Source of the DNA: Demequinaceae bacterium | GTDB taxonomy: Bacteria > Actinomycetota > Actinomycetes > Actinomycetales > Demequinaceae | Length of the DNA: 32,000 bases | Assembly: GCA_965250005.1 (NCBI GenBank) | Contig: OZ252279.1 | Span: 1,710,001 to 1,742,000, forward strand | Reading direction: 5' to 3' | Shown: positions 8,777 to 18,929 of the stretch, piece by piece | How the letters are laid out: every line of letters starts with the position of its first letter | Position numbering within the stretch: the first letter of the stretch is position 1 | The notes under the pieces: model-generated | Seen by the model: the letters and a program-made list of their open reading frames with translations, nothing else | Databases searched by the model: none | Told to the model about the DNA's origin: nothing | Made by a program: the position numbers and the translations under genes

Positions 8777-9892
8777 ATGACCCCCGAGGCCTGGCTGGCG
8801 GCAGCTGGAGGCGCCGCGCTTGCCGCGCTCGTCACGTACGTCACGTTGCGCGCACGCCAGGGCCGCGAGGCCGTCGCGCGCAGCCTGGTGCCGCGCCGTA
8901 CCCGCCAGCTCATGGGAGCGCTGTCGTCCGGCGCGATTATCGTCCGCCGCGATCGGCGCGCGGCTTTCTCCAATGCGACCGCGTCCGCGCTGGGGCTCGC
9001 GCGGCCCGACGGCGCCCTCGACGAATCCGTCGCGGACCTGGCGGAACGGGCGTGGGAGCAAGGCGAGGCCGTCGAGGAGGAGATCAGCATTCGACGCGGC
9101 GTGCTCGGGGCCGTCGCCACCGTGCACGTGCGCGTCTCGCCGCTAGACGAGGATCTCGCGCTCGCCGTCGCGAACGACAGCACCGACCAGCGCGCCGCCG
9201 AGCTCACACGTCGCGAATTCGCCGTGAACGTGTCGCACGAACTCAAGACACCGGTGGGCGCGCTCGCGCTCTTGGCGGAAACCATTGACGCAGCAGCCGA
9301 TGAACCGGACACGGTGCGCGAGTTTGCCGCGAAAATCGGGAAGGAATCTCGGCGACTGTCCAAACTCATCCAGGAGATCATCGAGATCTCGCGACTCCAG
9401 GGCGGCGAAAGCGTCATGGACCACCAAGAGGTCAAGATCGGTGAGGTGATTGTCGAGGCGGTAGAAGCGGCGAAGCTCGCAGCCGAGGCTCGCAACATTG
9501 ACGTCACTGTTACAGAGAAGGCCAAGGCGAGCGTCATGGGTGACCGGGATCTGCTGGTCATGGCACTGCGCAACCTCGTCGACAACGCGATCGCATACTC
9601 CGATGCCGGGGGCCGGGTGTCCATAGATACGGCCCTTGACGGCAGCATCGTCACCCTGTCGGTCATCGACCGGGGCATCGGGATTGCCGCAAGCGAGCAG
9701 GAGCGCATCTTCGAACGGTTCTTCCGCACCGACCCCGCGCGATCCCGCGACAGCGGAGGCACGGGCCTTGGGCTGAGCATCGTCAAGCACGTGGCGCTGC
9801 AGCACGCGGGCGACGTGTCCGTCTGGTCGAGGATCGGTATCGGCTCAACGTTCGCGTTGCGCCTGCCCGTACACAAGGTCAAATCGTCATGA
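8777..9892 (+). CDS. senX3: Sensor histidine kinase, SenX3/PhoR type
   Basis: VNVSHELKTPVGALALLAETI (H box), LRNLVDNAIAYSDAGGRVSI (N box), and FERFFRTDPARSRDSGGTGLGLSIVKHVALQHAGDVSVWS (F/G boxes). Overlaps the response regulator by 4 bp. Confidence 0.92.
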   Translation: MTPEAWLAAAGGAALAALVTYVTLRARQGREAVARSLVPRRTRQLMGALSSGAIIVRRDRRAAFSNATASALGLARPDGALDESVADLAERAWEQGEAVEEEISIRRGVLGAVATVHVRVSPLDEDLALAVANDSTDQRAAELTRREFAVNVSHELKTPVGALALLAETIDAAADEPDTVREFAAKIGKESRRLSKLIQEIIEISRLQGGESVMDHQEVKIGEVIVEAVEAAKLAAEARNIDVTVTEKAKASVMGDRDLLVMALRNLVDNAIAYSDAGGRVSIDTALDGSIVTLSVIDRGIGIAASEQERIFERFFRTDPARSRDSGGTGLGLSIVKHVALQHAGDVSVWSRIGIGSTFALRLPVHKVKSS

Positions 9893-10599
9893 CCAATAAG
9901 AGCGGGCCGCGGGTGCTGGTGGTTGAGGATGAAGAGTCATACCGCGCCTCGCTCAAGTTTCTGCTGGAACGCGAGGGCTTCGATGTGGCGCTCGCGGCCA
10001 CCGGGCCCGACGGTGTCCGCGCGTTCGAGCGCGGCGGCGCCGACGTCGTGCTTCTAGACCTCATGCTGCCCGGGCTAAGCGGCACGGACGTGTTCAAGGC
10101 GATCCGCGCGGACTCCGATGTGCCGATCATTATGGTGACGGCAAGGGACGACCAGGTGGACAAGGTTATTGGCCTTGAATTGGGCGCAGATGACTACGTA
10201 ACGAAGCCGTACTCGGGTCGCGAACTGGTCGCGCGCATACGCGCCGTGCTCCGGCGCGGGTCGCCCGCCCCACGCGATGACTTGGCGGCTGCGGAAAAGC
10301 TCACCGTCGCGGGACTCACGCTCGACCCCGAGCGACTCACGCTCGAGGGCATCGGAGAGAAGCAGTCGCTGCCGCCCAAGGAGTTCGCGCTACTGCACCT
10401 GCTCGTCACGAACGCGGGCCGCGTGTTGCCGCGTCAGACGATCATCGACCGGGTGTGGGGTCACGACTACTACGGGGACACCAAGACGCTCGACGTGCAC
10501 GTCAAGCGCGTGCGCGATCGCATCGAGCACGACGCGTCGCGGCCCGAGCTCGTCAAGACTATTCGTGGTGTCGGATACACGTTTGAGGCGCCCAAATAG
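9889..10599 (+). CDS. regX3: Response regulator, OmpR/PhoB family (RegX3 type)
   Basis: VLVVEDEESYRASLKFLLEREGFDV...DVVLLDLMLPGLSGTDVFKAIR...ARDDQVDKVIGLELGADDYVTKPYSGRELVARIRAVLRR, with winged-helix LPPKEFALLHLLVTNAGRVLPRQTIIDRVWG...TKTLDVHVKRVRDRIE. Confidence 0.96.
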   Translation: MTNKSGPRVLVVEDEESYRASLKFLLEREGFDVALAATGPDGVRAFERGGADVVLLDLMLPGLSGTDVFKAIRADSDVPIIMVTARDDQVDKVIGLELGADDYVTKPYSGRELVARIRAVLRRGSPAPRDDLAAAEKLTVAGLTLDPERLTLEGIGEKQSLPPKEFALLHLLVTNAGRVLPRQTIIDRVWGHDYYGDTKTLDVHVKRVRDRIEHDASRPELVKTIRGVGYTFEAPK

Positions 10600-10647
10600 C
10601 GGCCGCCACCTGCGCGGCTTCGCGCCAGCAGAATGCCCGATTTGCGC

Positions 10648-10680
10648 GTTCACCGTTTGTTCATCCAACGTTCACGCCTG
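10648..10680 (+). promoter_or_regulatory. PHO box (PhoP/RegX3-type direct repeats) upstream of pstS
   Basis: Three consecutive 11-bp units: GTTCACCGTTT GTTCATCCAAC GTTCACGCCTG, located between regX3 and pstS. Confidence 0.85.
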
Positions 10681-10765
10681 AGGCCTAGGCACCGTTACCT
10701 GGCGTGCGTAGCGTCGTAGTCAGCTGGCAAGGGTCGGCACTCATCACCGCCAAGAGGATGACTTC

Positions 10766-11851
10766 GTGACAATAGCAACGCGTACCGGCGTGGTGGCCGT
10801 CGCTGCGCTGTCGCTGGTGCTCGCGGCGTGTACGCCCACTAATGAGCGCGAAGACTGGGTTGGCGGGTCTGACTTGACCGGCGAGCTCAACGGGGCCGGT
10901 GCGTCGTCGCAGGAATCGGCGATGGAGGCGTGGCGCGCCGCGTTCCAGACAGACAACCGGGCGACCACGGTGAATTACGACGCGGTCGGCTCGGGAGGCG
11001 GACGCACCCAGTTTCTCGACGGTGCCACGAGCTTCGCCGGGTCTGATTCGCTCATGAACGCTGGCGAGTACGCGCTTGCCGTCGAGCGTTGCGACGGCAC
11101 TGCGGGTGCGATTCACTTCCCCACCTATGTCTCTCCCATCGCGGTGATCTTCAACCTCGACGGTGTCGCGAGCCTAAACATGACGTCGGACGTCATCGCG
11201 CAGATATTCGATGGCAAAATCGCGAACTGGTCTGACGCCGCGATCGCGGACATCAACCCTGGCGTCTCGCTGCCTGACCTGGTGATCACCTCGGTGCACC
11301 GCTCGGACGAGTCGGGCACGTCGAAGAACTTCACCGACTATCTCGCCAAGGCCTCCGAATCCTGGCCGTACGAGCCGTCCGGCGAGTGGCCAAACAACAT
11401 CGGCGAGGGCGGCCCGGGAACCTCCGCGGTTGTTTCGCTCGTCCGGGACACCAACGGCACGATCGCCTACGCGGATGCCTCCCGAGTCGGCACACTCGGC
11501 ACCGTGGCCCTTGGCGTTGGCGACAGTTTTGTCGAGTTCTCGCCCGCGGGAGCCGCAATCGCGGTGGCGGCGTCGCCGCTCGCCGAAGGCGCGAACGGCG
11601 CGAACGACCTCGCGTACGAACTCGACCGCAACACCACGGCGGAGGGCGCGTACCCGCTTGTGCTCGTCTCGTATCACGTCGCGTGCCAACAGTACGACGA
11701 CGTGGACGAGCGCGCGCTGGTCACCGCATTCCTCAGGTTCGTAGCGTCAGAAGACGGTCAGGACGTTTCCGCACGCGCCGCTGGGTCCTCTCCGATTGGC
11801 AGCCTCGGTGACGACGTCGTCGCGATTCTCGACGAGATCGCGGTGGGATAG
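10766..11851 (+). CDS. pstS: Phosphate ABC transporter substrate-binding lipoprotein
   Basis: Lipobox LVLAACTPT. SGGGRTQFLDGATSFAGSDSLM, HFPTYVSPIAVIFNLDGV, DVIAQIFDGKIANWSDAAI, and VHRSDESGTSKNFTDYLAKA. Confidence 0.96.
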   Translation: MTIATRTGVVAVAALSLVLAACTPTNEREDWVGGSDLTGELNGAGASSQESAMEAWRAAFQTDNRATTVNYDAVGSGGGRTQFLDGATSFAGSDSLMNAGEYALAVERCDGTAGAIHFPTYVSPIAVIFNLDGVASLNMTSDVIAQIFDGKIANWSDAAIADINPGVSLPDLVITSVHRSDESGTSKNFTDYLAKASESWPYEPSGEWPNNIGEGGPGTSAVVSLVRDTNGTIAYADASRVGTLGTVALGVGDSFVEFSPAGAAIAVAASPLAEGANGANDLAYELDRNTTAEGAYPLVLVSYHVACQQYDDVDERALVTAFLRFVASEDGQDVSARAAGSSPIGSLGDDVVAILDEIAVG

Positions 11852-11947
11852 AAAGATGCGAAAAGACCGGTCGTGCGCTCGTCCGCAGGGACGGGTCCAC
11901 GGCCGCGCGATTCTCTCTGCGGCAAGGACGTTCAACGGAGGCAGTAG

Positions 11948-12964
11948 GTGACGCAGACAAATCGGGTGGCCATCGAAGCCGATTCCGTGCCTCTCACGGT
12001 ACAGAACCGCAATGTCGCCAACTCCATTTTCACCGGGCTCTCCGTCGGTGCCGCGGGCCTCATCCTGGTCACACTCGCCGCCGTCGCAAGTTTCCTCCTG
12101 CTCGAGGCGATGCCGGCACTCACGTCGTCGGCCGAGGACCTTGCTGACTACGTCGACTGGCTCGGCACCGAGTCTAACGAGACGCTCATGGCCAATATCG
12201 GCTTCCTTGTGTATGGAACACTGATCATTTCGACCATCGCCATCCTGCTCGCCGCCCCCGTCTCGTACGGCATCGCTCTGTTCATCTCACATTACGCGCC
12301 GCGCCGTCTCGCCTCCAGCCTTGGGTACGCCGTTGACCTGCTCGCCGCCATTCCGTCCGTGGTCTACGGGCTCTGGGGATTCATCGTGCTGGTCCCCGCG
12401 CTGCTACCCACGTTCGAGTGGCTCGAAACCAACGTCGGGTGGATTCCCATTTTTGCCGGCCGCGAGCTCGCCGACGGAACCACCTCGGTGGGAACCGGCC
12501 GGGTCGCCCTGGCCGCAAGCGTGGTCCTTGCCATTATGATCTTGCCCATCATCACAGCGGTGACCCGTGAGGTCTTCCTTCAGACACCCAAACTGCACGA
12601 GGAGGCCGCTCTCGCGATGGGCGCCACCAAGTGGGAAATGATCCGTATGGCCGTGTTCCCGTACGGACGCTCCGGGATGATCGGCGCAACAATGCTGGGC
12701 CTGGGTCGCGCGCTCGGCGAGACGATGGCCGTCTACATGATCCTGACACCCGCAGCGGTGGTCGTGTACTCCGCGAGCGTGCTCGAACCTGCGGCACACA
12801 ACACCATCGCCGCCAATATCGCCCTCAAGTTCCCGGAGGCCAACTCGCAGGGCGTCTCGGCGCTCATCGCCATGGGTCTCGCATTATTCGTCATCACGCT
12901 CCTGGTCAACATGGTGGCTCGCTGGGTTGTCGCGCGCCGCGCAGAGTTCTCGGGAGCCAACTAA
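11948..12964 (+). CDS. pstC: Phosphate ABC transporter permease PstC
   Basis: Multi-pass protein with FLVYGTLIISTIAILLAAPVSYGIALFISHYAP, LLAAIPSVVYGLWGFIVLVP, EEAALAMGATKWEMIRMAVFPYGRSGMIGATMLGLGRALGETMAVYMI. Confidence 0.96.
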   Translation: MTQTNRVAIEADSVPLTVQNRNVANSIFTGLSVGAAGLILVTLAAVASFLLLEAMPALTSSAEDLADYVDWLGTESNETLMANIGFLVYGTLIISTIAILLAAPVSYGIALFISHYAPRRLASSLGYAVDLLAAIPSVVYGLWGFIVLVPALLPTFEWLETNVGWIPIFAGRELADGTTSVGTGRVALAASVVLAIMILPIITAVTREVFLQTPKLHEEAALAMGATKWEMIRMAVFPYGRSGMIGATMLGLGRALGETMAVYMILTPAAVVVYSASVLEPAAHNTIAANIALKFPEANSQGVSALIAMGLALFVITLLVNMVARWVVARRAEFSGAN

Positions 12965-13959
12965 TGGCAGCGAAGAAGCAATTGGGTGTGAACAAGACGA
13001 CGACGGCGACGGCGTTGGCGCTTGGGACGGTCTCGGCGCGGCGTCGGTGGACCGACCGTGGCATGCGCGCCGTTGTCTATGCGGCGTTCGCTGCGGCCAT
13101 GATCCCGCTGGTGTGGCTGACAGTGACCGTTGTCGATCGAGGCATGGACCGCTTCTTCCTCGACTCGAAGGGTGAACGAAACTTCAACCTTGACTTCTTC
13201 AACCAGTCGATGCGCGGCATCTTTGGTGGAATGCCGGAGGGCGGCATCGCTCACGCGATGACCGGAACGCTGCTCATTACGGTGGCGGCCGCAGTCATCT
13301 CGATCCCGATCGGTCTGCTCACCGCTATCTACCTCGTGGAGTACGGCGAGGGCTGGCTCAAGCGAGCGGTCACCTTCTTCGTTGACGTCATGACCGGAAT
13401 CCCGTCCATCGTTGCTGGGCTCTTCGCCTACGCACTGTTCTCGGTGATCTTCGGTGGGCCAACCAAGACGGGGTTCGTTGGCGCCGCAGCGTTGTCCGTG
13501 CTCATGATTCCGGTCGTTGTCCGCACCAGCGAGGAAATGCTCCGCCTGGTTCCGAACGAACTGCGCGAAGCGTCGTACGCGCTCGGCGTGCCCAAGTGGC
13601 TCACCATCCTCAAAGTTGTGATGCGGACGGCGTTCGCTGGCATCTCGACTGGAGTCATGCTCTCTGTCGCGCGGGTAATCGGCGAGACGGCTCCGCTGCT
13701 CATCGCCGTTGGGTTTGCGGACTCGCAGAATGTCAACCTCTTTGACGGCAAGATGATGTCCCTCCCGGTGTACATCGTGGAGCAGTGGCGCAAAGGCGAC
13801 GCGACGTGCAACGAGGGTTCCGCCATCATCGGATGCACGCCAGAAATCACGGAGTATCGCGCTTGGGCCGCCGCCCTGGTCCTCATCGCGATCGTCATGC
13901 TGCTTAACCTCGTCGCGCGGATAATCGCGCGCTACCTGTCCCCCAAGACCAGCCGCTAG
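12964..13959 (+). CDS. pstA: Phosphate ABC transporter permease PstA
   Basis: ATG at 12964 overlaps the pstC stop (TAATG). MTGTLLITVAAAVISIPIGLLTAIYLVEYG, DVMTGIPSIVAGLFAYALF, ALGVPKWLTILKVVMRTAFAGISTGVMLSVARVIGETAPLLI. Confidence 0.96.
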   Translation: MAAKKQLGVNKTTTATALALGTVSARRRWTDRGMRAVVYAAFAAAMIPLVWLTVTVVDRGMDRFFLDSKGERNFNLDFFNQSMRGIFGGMPEGGIAHAMTGTLLITVAAAVISIPIGLLTAIYLVEYGEGWLKRAVTFFVDVMTGIPSIVAGLFAYALFSVIFGGPTKTGFVGAAALSVLMIPVVVRTSEEMLRLVPNELREASYALGVPKWLTILKVVMRTAFAGISTGVMLSVARVIGETAPLLIAVGFADSQNVNLFDGKMMSLPVYIVEQWRKGDATCNEGSAIIGCTPEITEYRAWAAALVLIAIVMLLNLVARIIARYLSPKTSR

Positions 13960-13974
13960 AAGACGGAGAATCAC

Positions 13975-14754
13975 GTGGCGAAGCGAATTGACGTCAACAA
14001 CCTGGATGTCTTCTACAGCAAGTTCCTTGCCGTAGAAGATGTGTCGCTCGCGATCGAGCCCAACTCAGTCACGGCCATCATTGGCCCCTCGGGATGCGGA
14101 AAATCCACCTTTCTGCGAACCATAAACCGCATGCACGAGGTCATCCCCGGCGCGCGCGTCGATGGCGAGGTGCTGATGGATGGCGTGGACCTCTACGGCG
14201 ACGGCGTTGACCCTGTCGCAGTGCGACGTCACGTGGGCATGGTGTTCCAGCGGCCCAATCCATTCCCGACCATGTCAATCTCTGGGAATGTGCTCGCCGG
14301 CGTGAAACTCAACAACGGACGCATGTCCAAGCCCGACGCGGCCGACCTTGTCGAAAAGTCGCTTAAGGATGCCAACCTCTGGAAAGAGGTCAAAGACCGC
14401 CTAGACAAGCCGGGCTCAGCGCTTTCCGGAGGGCAGCAGCAGCGACTCTGCATCGCCCGTGCGATCGCGATTAAGCCGGACGTGCTGCTGATGGATGAGC
14501 CATGTTCGGCCCTCGACCCCATCTCGACTCTCGCGATCGAGGACCTCATCGCGGAACTGAAGGATTCGTACACAATTGTCATCGTCACGCACAACATGCA
14601 GCAGGCAGCCCGCGTGAGCGATCGGACGGCGTTCTTCAATATCAGCGGCAGCGGAGAGCCAGGCAAACTCATTGAAATGAACGACACGGCGACCATCTTC
14701 TCGGCCCCCGAGGTCAGGGCGACCGAGGATTACATCTCCGGTCGGTTCGGCTAG
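13975..14754 (+). CDS. pstB: Phosphate ABC transporter ATP-binding protein PstB
   Basis: Walker [33 protein letters not shown]. Signature [43 protein letters not shown]. Confidence 0.98.
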   Translation: MAKRIDVNNLDVFYSKFLAVEDVSLAIEPNSVTAIIGPSGCGKSTFLRTINRMHEVIPGARVDGEVLMDGVDLYGDGVDPVAVRRHVGMVFQRPNPFPTMSISGNVLAGVKLNNGRMSKPDAADLVEKSLKDANLWKEVKDRLDKPGSALSGGQQQRLCIARAIAIKPDVLLMDEPCSALDPISTLAIEDLIAELKDSYTIVIVTHNMQQAARVSDRTAFFNISGSGEPGKLIEMNDTATIFSAPEVRATEDYISGRFG

Positions 14755-14859
14755 AGCGAGCAGTTTCGGTGTGCCTTTCGATGGCCAAAGCTGGCCCCGG
14801 CTCTAGCCGGCCGCGCGATGGTAGAATAGGTCTTCGAACCGAGGGGAATCACCAAAAAC

Positions 14860-15342
14860 ATGAACTTCGCAGTTGGCGAGACCGTTGTCTACCCGCATCA
14901 CGGGGCCGCAAAGATCGAAGACATCAAGAAGCGCACCGTCCGAGGTGAAGAGAAGACCTACCTCAAGCTCAGGGTCGCACAGGGCGACCTAACCATCGAA
15001 GTTCCCCAAGAGAACGTCGACCTGGTTGGCGTGCGCGATGTTGTCGACAAGAAGGGCCTCGAAAACGTATTCAAGGTCCTCAGGGAGCCGTACATCGAAG
15101 AGCCGACCAACTGGTCGCGCCGCTACAAGGCCAACGTCGAGAAGCTCGCCTCTGGCGACGTGCTGCGCGTGGCCGAGGTGGTTCGCGATCTCTCCCGCCG
15201 CGACACTGAGAAGGGTCTGAGCGCTGGAGAGAAGCGCATGCTGAGCAAGGCACGCCAGATCCTCGGATCCGAGCTCGCACTCGCGTGGAAGTGTTCGGAG
15301 GAAGAAGCAGCAGTCCGCCTGGACGAGGTCCTAGCGCCGTGA
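14860..15342 (+). CDS. carD: CarD-family RNA-polymerase-binding transcription factor
   Basis: [62 protein letters not shown]...[35 protein letters not shown]. Confidence 0.97.
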   Translation: MNFAVGETVVYPHHGAAKIEDIKKRTVRGEEKTYLKLRVAQGDLTIEVPQENVDLVGVRDVVDKKGLENVFKVLREPYIEEPTNWSRRYKANVEKLASGDVLRVAEVVRDLSRRDTEKGLSAGEKRMLSKARQILGSELALAWKCSEEEAAVRLDEVLAP

Positions 15343-16043
15343 CCGTTGCGGCGGTTATCACCGCCGCTGGGCTTGGCGCCCGCCTGGGCTCGGGCCTACC
15401 CAAGGCGCTCGTGAGCGTGGCCGGTAGGCCGCTGGCCGCATGGGCGCTCGCGAACATCGCCGATGTGGCTGACGTCGTAGTCATCACCGCACCCGTCGAC
15501 TATGTAGAAGCGATGGAGGACGCCGTGGCCAGTGTGTGCCTAGCCCACCCCACGCTTGACGTCTCCGTAATCCCGGGAGGCGAAACCCGGCCCCAGTCCG
15601 TTCGCGCCGGTCTCGACGCCCTGTGGGCGTTCAACGGCTCCCCACCGAGCATCGTCCTCATTCACGACGCCGCGCGGGCGTTCATGCCAGCCGAATCCAT
15701 GCGAGCCGCGATCGACGCAGTGCAGGCAGGTTCAGACGGTGCCGTCCCCGTAGTCCATCTAGTGGACACGCTGGTCGCGTCGCCAGGCGAAGACGGCGCC
15801 ATGGGCGTGAACGTGGACCGCGATACGCTCCGGGCCGTGCAAACCCCACAGGTATTCAAGGCGGCCGTTATCAAGGACGCCCACGACCGCGGGGCCGCGG
15901 ACGGCCGCAGCGACACGGACGACGCCACGCTCGCGAGGGAGTACGGCTACCGCGTGGTAGCAACCAAGGGCCACCCGTGGGGCTTTAAGGTGACACAAGC
16001 GGGGGACCTTGCCCTCGCCGAGCACATCGCGAGGCTGACGTGA
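15339..16043 (+). CDS. ispD: 2-C-methyl-D-erythritol 4-phosphate cytidylyltransferase
   Basis: [89 protein letters not shown], and [38 protein letters not shown] start overlaps the carD stop. Confidence 0.96.
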   Translation: MTVAAVITAAGLGARLGSGLPKALVSVAGRPLAAWALANIADVADVVVITAPVDYVEAMEDAVASVCLAHPTLDVSVIPGGETRPQSVRAGLDALWAFNGSPPSIVLIHDAARAFMPAESMRAAIDAVQAGSDGAVPVVHLVDTLVASPGEDGAMGVNVDRDTLRAVQTPQVFKAAVIKDAHDRGAADGRSDTDDATLAREYGYRVVATKGHPWGFKVTQAGDLALAEHIARLT

Positions 16044-16531
16044 CCACACCTTCGGCTGGAACGCCGCGAACCGGCATTGGCGTAGATGTACACGCTTATG
16101 GCGAAAAGACCGGGCTCAATCTTGCCGGGCTTCACTGGGCTGACGAGCGCGCGCTTGTGGGCCACTCTGACGCGGACGTCGCCGCCCACGCCGCCTGCGA
16201 TGCGCTGCTTAGCGCCGCCGGGCTCGGGGACCTAGGCACGCACTTTGGGACGGACCGTCAGGAGTGGGCCGGTGCCGCGGGAGTGGCTCTGCTGGCCCAG
16301 ACCGCACACCTCGTTCGCGAGGCCGGTTTCGAAATCGGCAACATCGCCATTCAGGTGCTTGGAAATCGTCCCAAACTCGCGCCGCGCCGGGCCGAGGCCG
16401 AGGCCGCGCTGAGCGAGGCAGCAGGAGCCTCCGTCGCTGTGAGCGGGACCACCACGGACGCGCTTGGGTTCACGGGCAGGGGTGAGGGCCTCGCGGCGTT
16501 CGCCACGGCCCTGATCACGCCGGTACCCTGA
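16040..16531 (+). CDS. ispF: 2-C-methyl-D-erythritol 2,4-cyclodiphosphate synthase
   Basis: [63 protein letters not shown] and [18 protein letters not shown]. Confidence 0.97.
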   Translation: MTTPSAGTPRTGIGVDVHAYGEKTGLNLAGLHWADERALVGHSDADVAAHAACDALLSAAGLGDLGTHFGTDRQEWAGAAGVALLAQTAHLVREAGFEIGNIAIQVLGNRPKLAPRRAEAEAALSEAAGASVAVSGTTTDALGFTGRGEGLAAFATALITPVP

Positions 16532-16536
16532 ACCCC

Positions 16537-17955
16537 GTGACCCTCAGCCTCTTCAATACCGCGACCCGTGAGGTCGCCGACTTCGTCCCCGTCAACAAGG
16601 GACAGGCCGGCATCTACGTCTGCGGCGCGACCGTCCAGGGAGCCCCGCACGTGGGCCACATGCGCGCGTTCGTCGCGTTCGACGTGCTGCGGAGGTGGTT
16701 GACGCGCTCGGGCTACAACGTGACTTACGTGCGAAACGTCACGGACATCGGTGACAAGATCTTCGACCTAGCCAAAGAGAACGACGTTCAGTGGTGGGCG
16801 TGGGCTCAGCACTTCGAGCGCGAGTTCACGCAGGCGTACGACGCGCTTGGCATCCTGCCTCCCACGCGTGAGCCGCGGGCTACGGGCCACATCCCGGAAA
16901 TCGTCGCGCTCATCGAGAAGCTGATCGAGCGCGGGAACGCCTACGAGCAAGAGGGCTCGGTCTATTTTGACGTTGCTTCGCTGCCCGACTACGGCTCACT
17001 CACCAACCAGGGGCTCGCGGACATGGCTCCGGCGCAGGATTCGCCAGAGATCGCCAAGCGCGACGCGCGCGACTTCGCGCTGTGGAAGGCCGCCAAGTTC
17101 GACGAGCCGGCGTCCGCGCAGTGGCAGACTCTGTGGGGCCTTGGCCGGCCTGGCTGGCACATCGAGTGCTCAGCAATGGCGCAGAAATACTTGGGCGAAG
17201 AGTTTGACATTCACGGCGGCGGACTCGACCTGAGATTCCCACACCACGAGAACGAGTTGGCCCAGTCGCGAGCAGCAGGCCACCCGTTCGCGCGTGTGTG
17301 GATGCACAGCGCCTGGCTGACCCAGTCGGGCACCAAGATGTCCAAGTCGCTCGGCAACTCGCTGCTGGTCGAGGAGGTGCTCAAGGACTTTGACGCCGCG
17401 CCGCTGCGGCTCGCGCTCGCGGGGGTGCACTATCGTTCGATGCTCGAGTACTCCGACTCCAGCGTGGAGGACGCTACAGCCACGTGGGCCCGCCTTGATG
17501 GCTTTGTACGTCGCGCGAGTGAGCGCGTGGGCCAGGCGAGCCCTGAAGATGTTGCGGCGGCCAGCCTTCCTGCTGAGTTTGTCGAAGCCATGGACGACGA
17601 CCTCTCGGTTCCGCGCGCGCTCGCGCACATCCACGAGGTGGTAAGCGACGGCAACACCGCGCTGACCGCCAGGGACGACAAGGCGCTTGCGCCCGTCGTC
17701 CTCGTGGTCAGGGCAATGCTCGACGTGCTCGGTCTCGATCCGCTCAGTGCGCAGTGGAGCGCGGACGGATCTGCGGGCGCAGCGCTGACCGCACTTGACG
17801 TGATGGTCAAGTCCGCGATTAACGACCGTGAAAGGGCGCGCGCCAATAAGGACTGGGCAGAGGCCGACGCCATTCGGGACCGCCTTACAGCAGCGGGGGT
17901 CGTGGTCGAGGATTCAGCCGACGGCGCGCGCTGGTCGCTAGCGCAGGAAGAGTAG
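16537..17955 (+). CDS. cysS: Cysteinyl-tRNA synthetase
   Basis: [88 protein letters not shown], and [15 protein letters not shown] (KMSKS). Confidence 0.97.
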   Translation: [472 protein letters not shown]

Positions 17956-17963
17956 GAACAGAC

Positions 17964-18911
17964 GTGGCAGGCAACTCCAAGCGCAAGGGCGCCATCCGCA
18001 AGCCGGGCTCCAAGAAGGGCGCCCAGGCGGGCAGCGGCGGCAAGGGCCGCCGGTCACTTGAGGGCAAGGGCCCCACTCCCAAGGCGGAGGACCGGCCGTA
18101 TCACGTGGCGCATCGGCGCAAGAACCTCGCCGAGAGGACGCCAGCGGCCCCTCGCAGGGTGTCTGGAGGACGTGGAGGCGGTTCGGCGACGGAAGTAGTG
18201 GCTGGGCGCAACGCGGTCCTCGAGGCGCTCCGTGCGCAGATCGAGGCCGAGGGGCTATTCGTGTTCAATCACGTGGACGCAGATGACCGCATTACCGAAA
18301 TAGTTGAGTTCGCGCTCGATCGCAACATCAAGGTCGAAGAGGTGCCCAAGGCGGATCTCGAGGCTCTCACTGACGGCGCCAAGCACCAGGGCGTAGCGCT
18401 TACGGTCCCGCCATACGATTACGCGGCTCCAGATGATCTGCTTGGTGGGTCCGCGACTCCGCTCATTGTCGCGCTCGACTCGATCCAAGACCCTCGTAAC
18501 CTGGGCGCGATCATGCGGTCGGCAGCTGCCTTCGGCGCGACCGGCGTGTTGGTCCCTGAACGTCGCGCCGCGGGCGTGACCGTCAGCGCTTGGAAGGTCT
18601 CGGCCGGTGCCGCCGCCCGCATTCGCGTGGCGCGCGCAACCAATCTCGCACGCACTCTGGGTGACTACAAGAAACAGCACCTCTTTGTGGTGGGTCTAGA
18701 CGGCGGTGGCGACATGGAGTTGGCAGATAGCGAGCTTCTCAATGAGCCGCTTGTGCTGGTGGTCGGGTCCGAAGGCAAGGGCCTGTCGCGCCTGGTGCGG
18801 GAGGCGTGCGACCAGGTAGTGTCCATTCCGATCAGCGCGGCAACCGAATCGCTCAACGCGTCGGTCGCTGCGTCGCTTGCGCTGTACGAGACTCGGCGCG
18901 CGCGCTCCTAG
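17964..18911 (+). CDS. rlmB: TrmH-family 23S rRNA (guanosine-2'-O-)-methyltransferase
   Basis: VVAGRNAVLEALRA, LIVALDSIQDPRNLGAIMRSAAAFGATGVLVPERRA, and LVVGSEGKGLSRLVREACDQVVSIPISAATESLNASVAASLALYE. Lys/Gly-rich N-terminal extension. Confidence 0.95.
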   Translation: MAGNSKRKGAIRKPGSKKGAQAGSGGKGRRSLEGKGPTPKAEDRPYHVAHRRKNLAERTPAAPRRVSGGRGGGSATEVVAGRNAVLEALRAQIEAEGLFVFNHVDADDRITEIVEFALDRNIKVEEVPKADLEALTDGAKHQGVALTVPPYDYAAPDDLLGGSATPLIVALDSIQDPRNLGAIMRSAAAFGATGVLVPERRAAGVTVSAWKVSAGAAARIRVARATNLARTLGDYKKQHLFVVGLDGGGDMELADSELLNEPLVLVVGSEGKGLSRLVREACDQVVSIPISAATESLNASVAASLALYETRRARS

Positions 18912-18929
18912 TTGACACCGGCGCTGGCG

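Noticed and set aside
7990-9882. 630-aa minus-strand ORF covering phoU and the whole antisense of senX3
   Set aside because: Only the last 219 aa (from 8649) match PhoU. The upstream part is low-complexity Ser/Arg/Ala-rich sequence antisense to a well-supported histidine kinase, a high-GC codon-position artefact.
12961-13974. 337-aa minus-strand ORF antisense to pstA
   Set aside because: Arg/Asp/His-rich composition without domain motifs, fully antisense to a clear permease gene.
14749-14818. GGCTAGAGC/GCTCTAGCC inverted repeat around the pstB stop
   Set aside because: A 9-bp pair with a spacer of about 50 nt is expected several times by chance in 32 kb, and there is no T tract.
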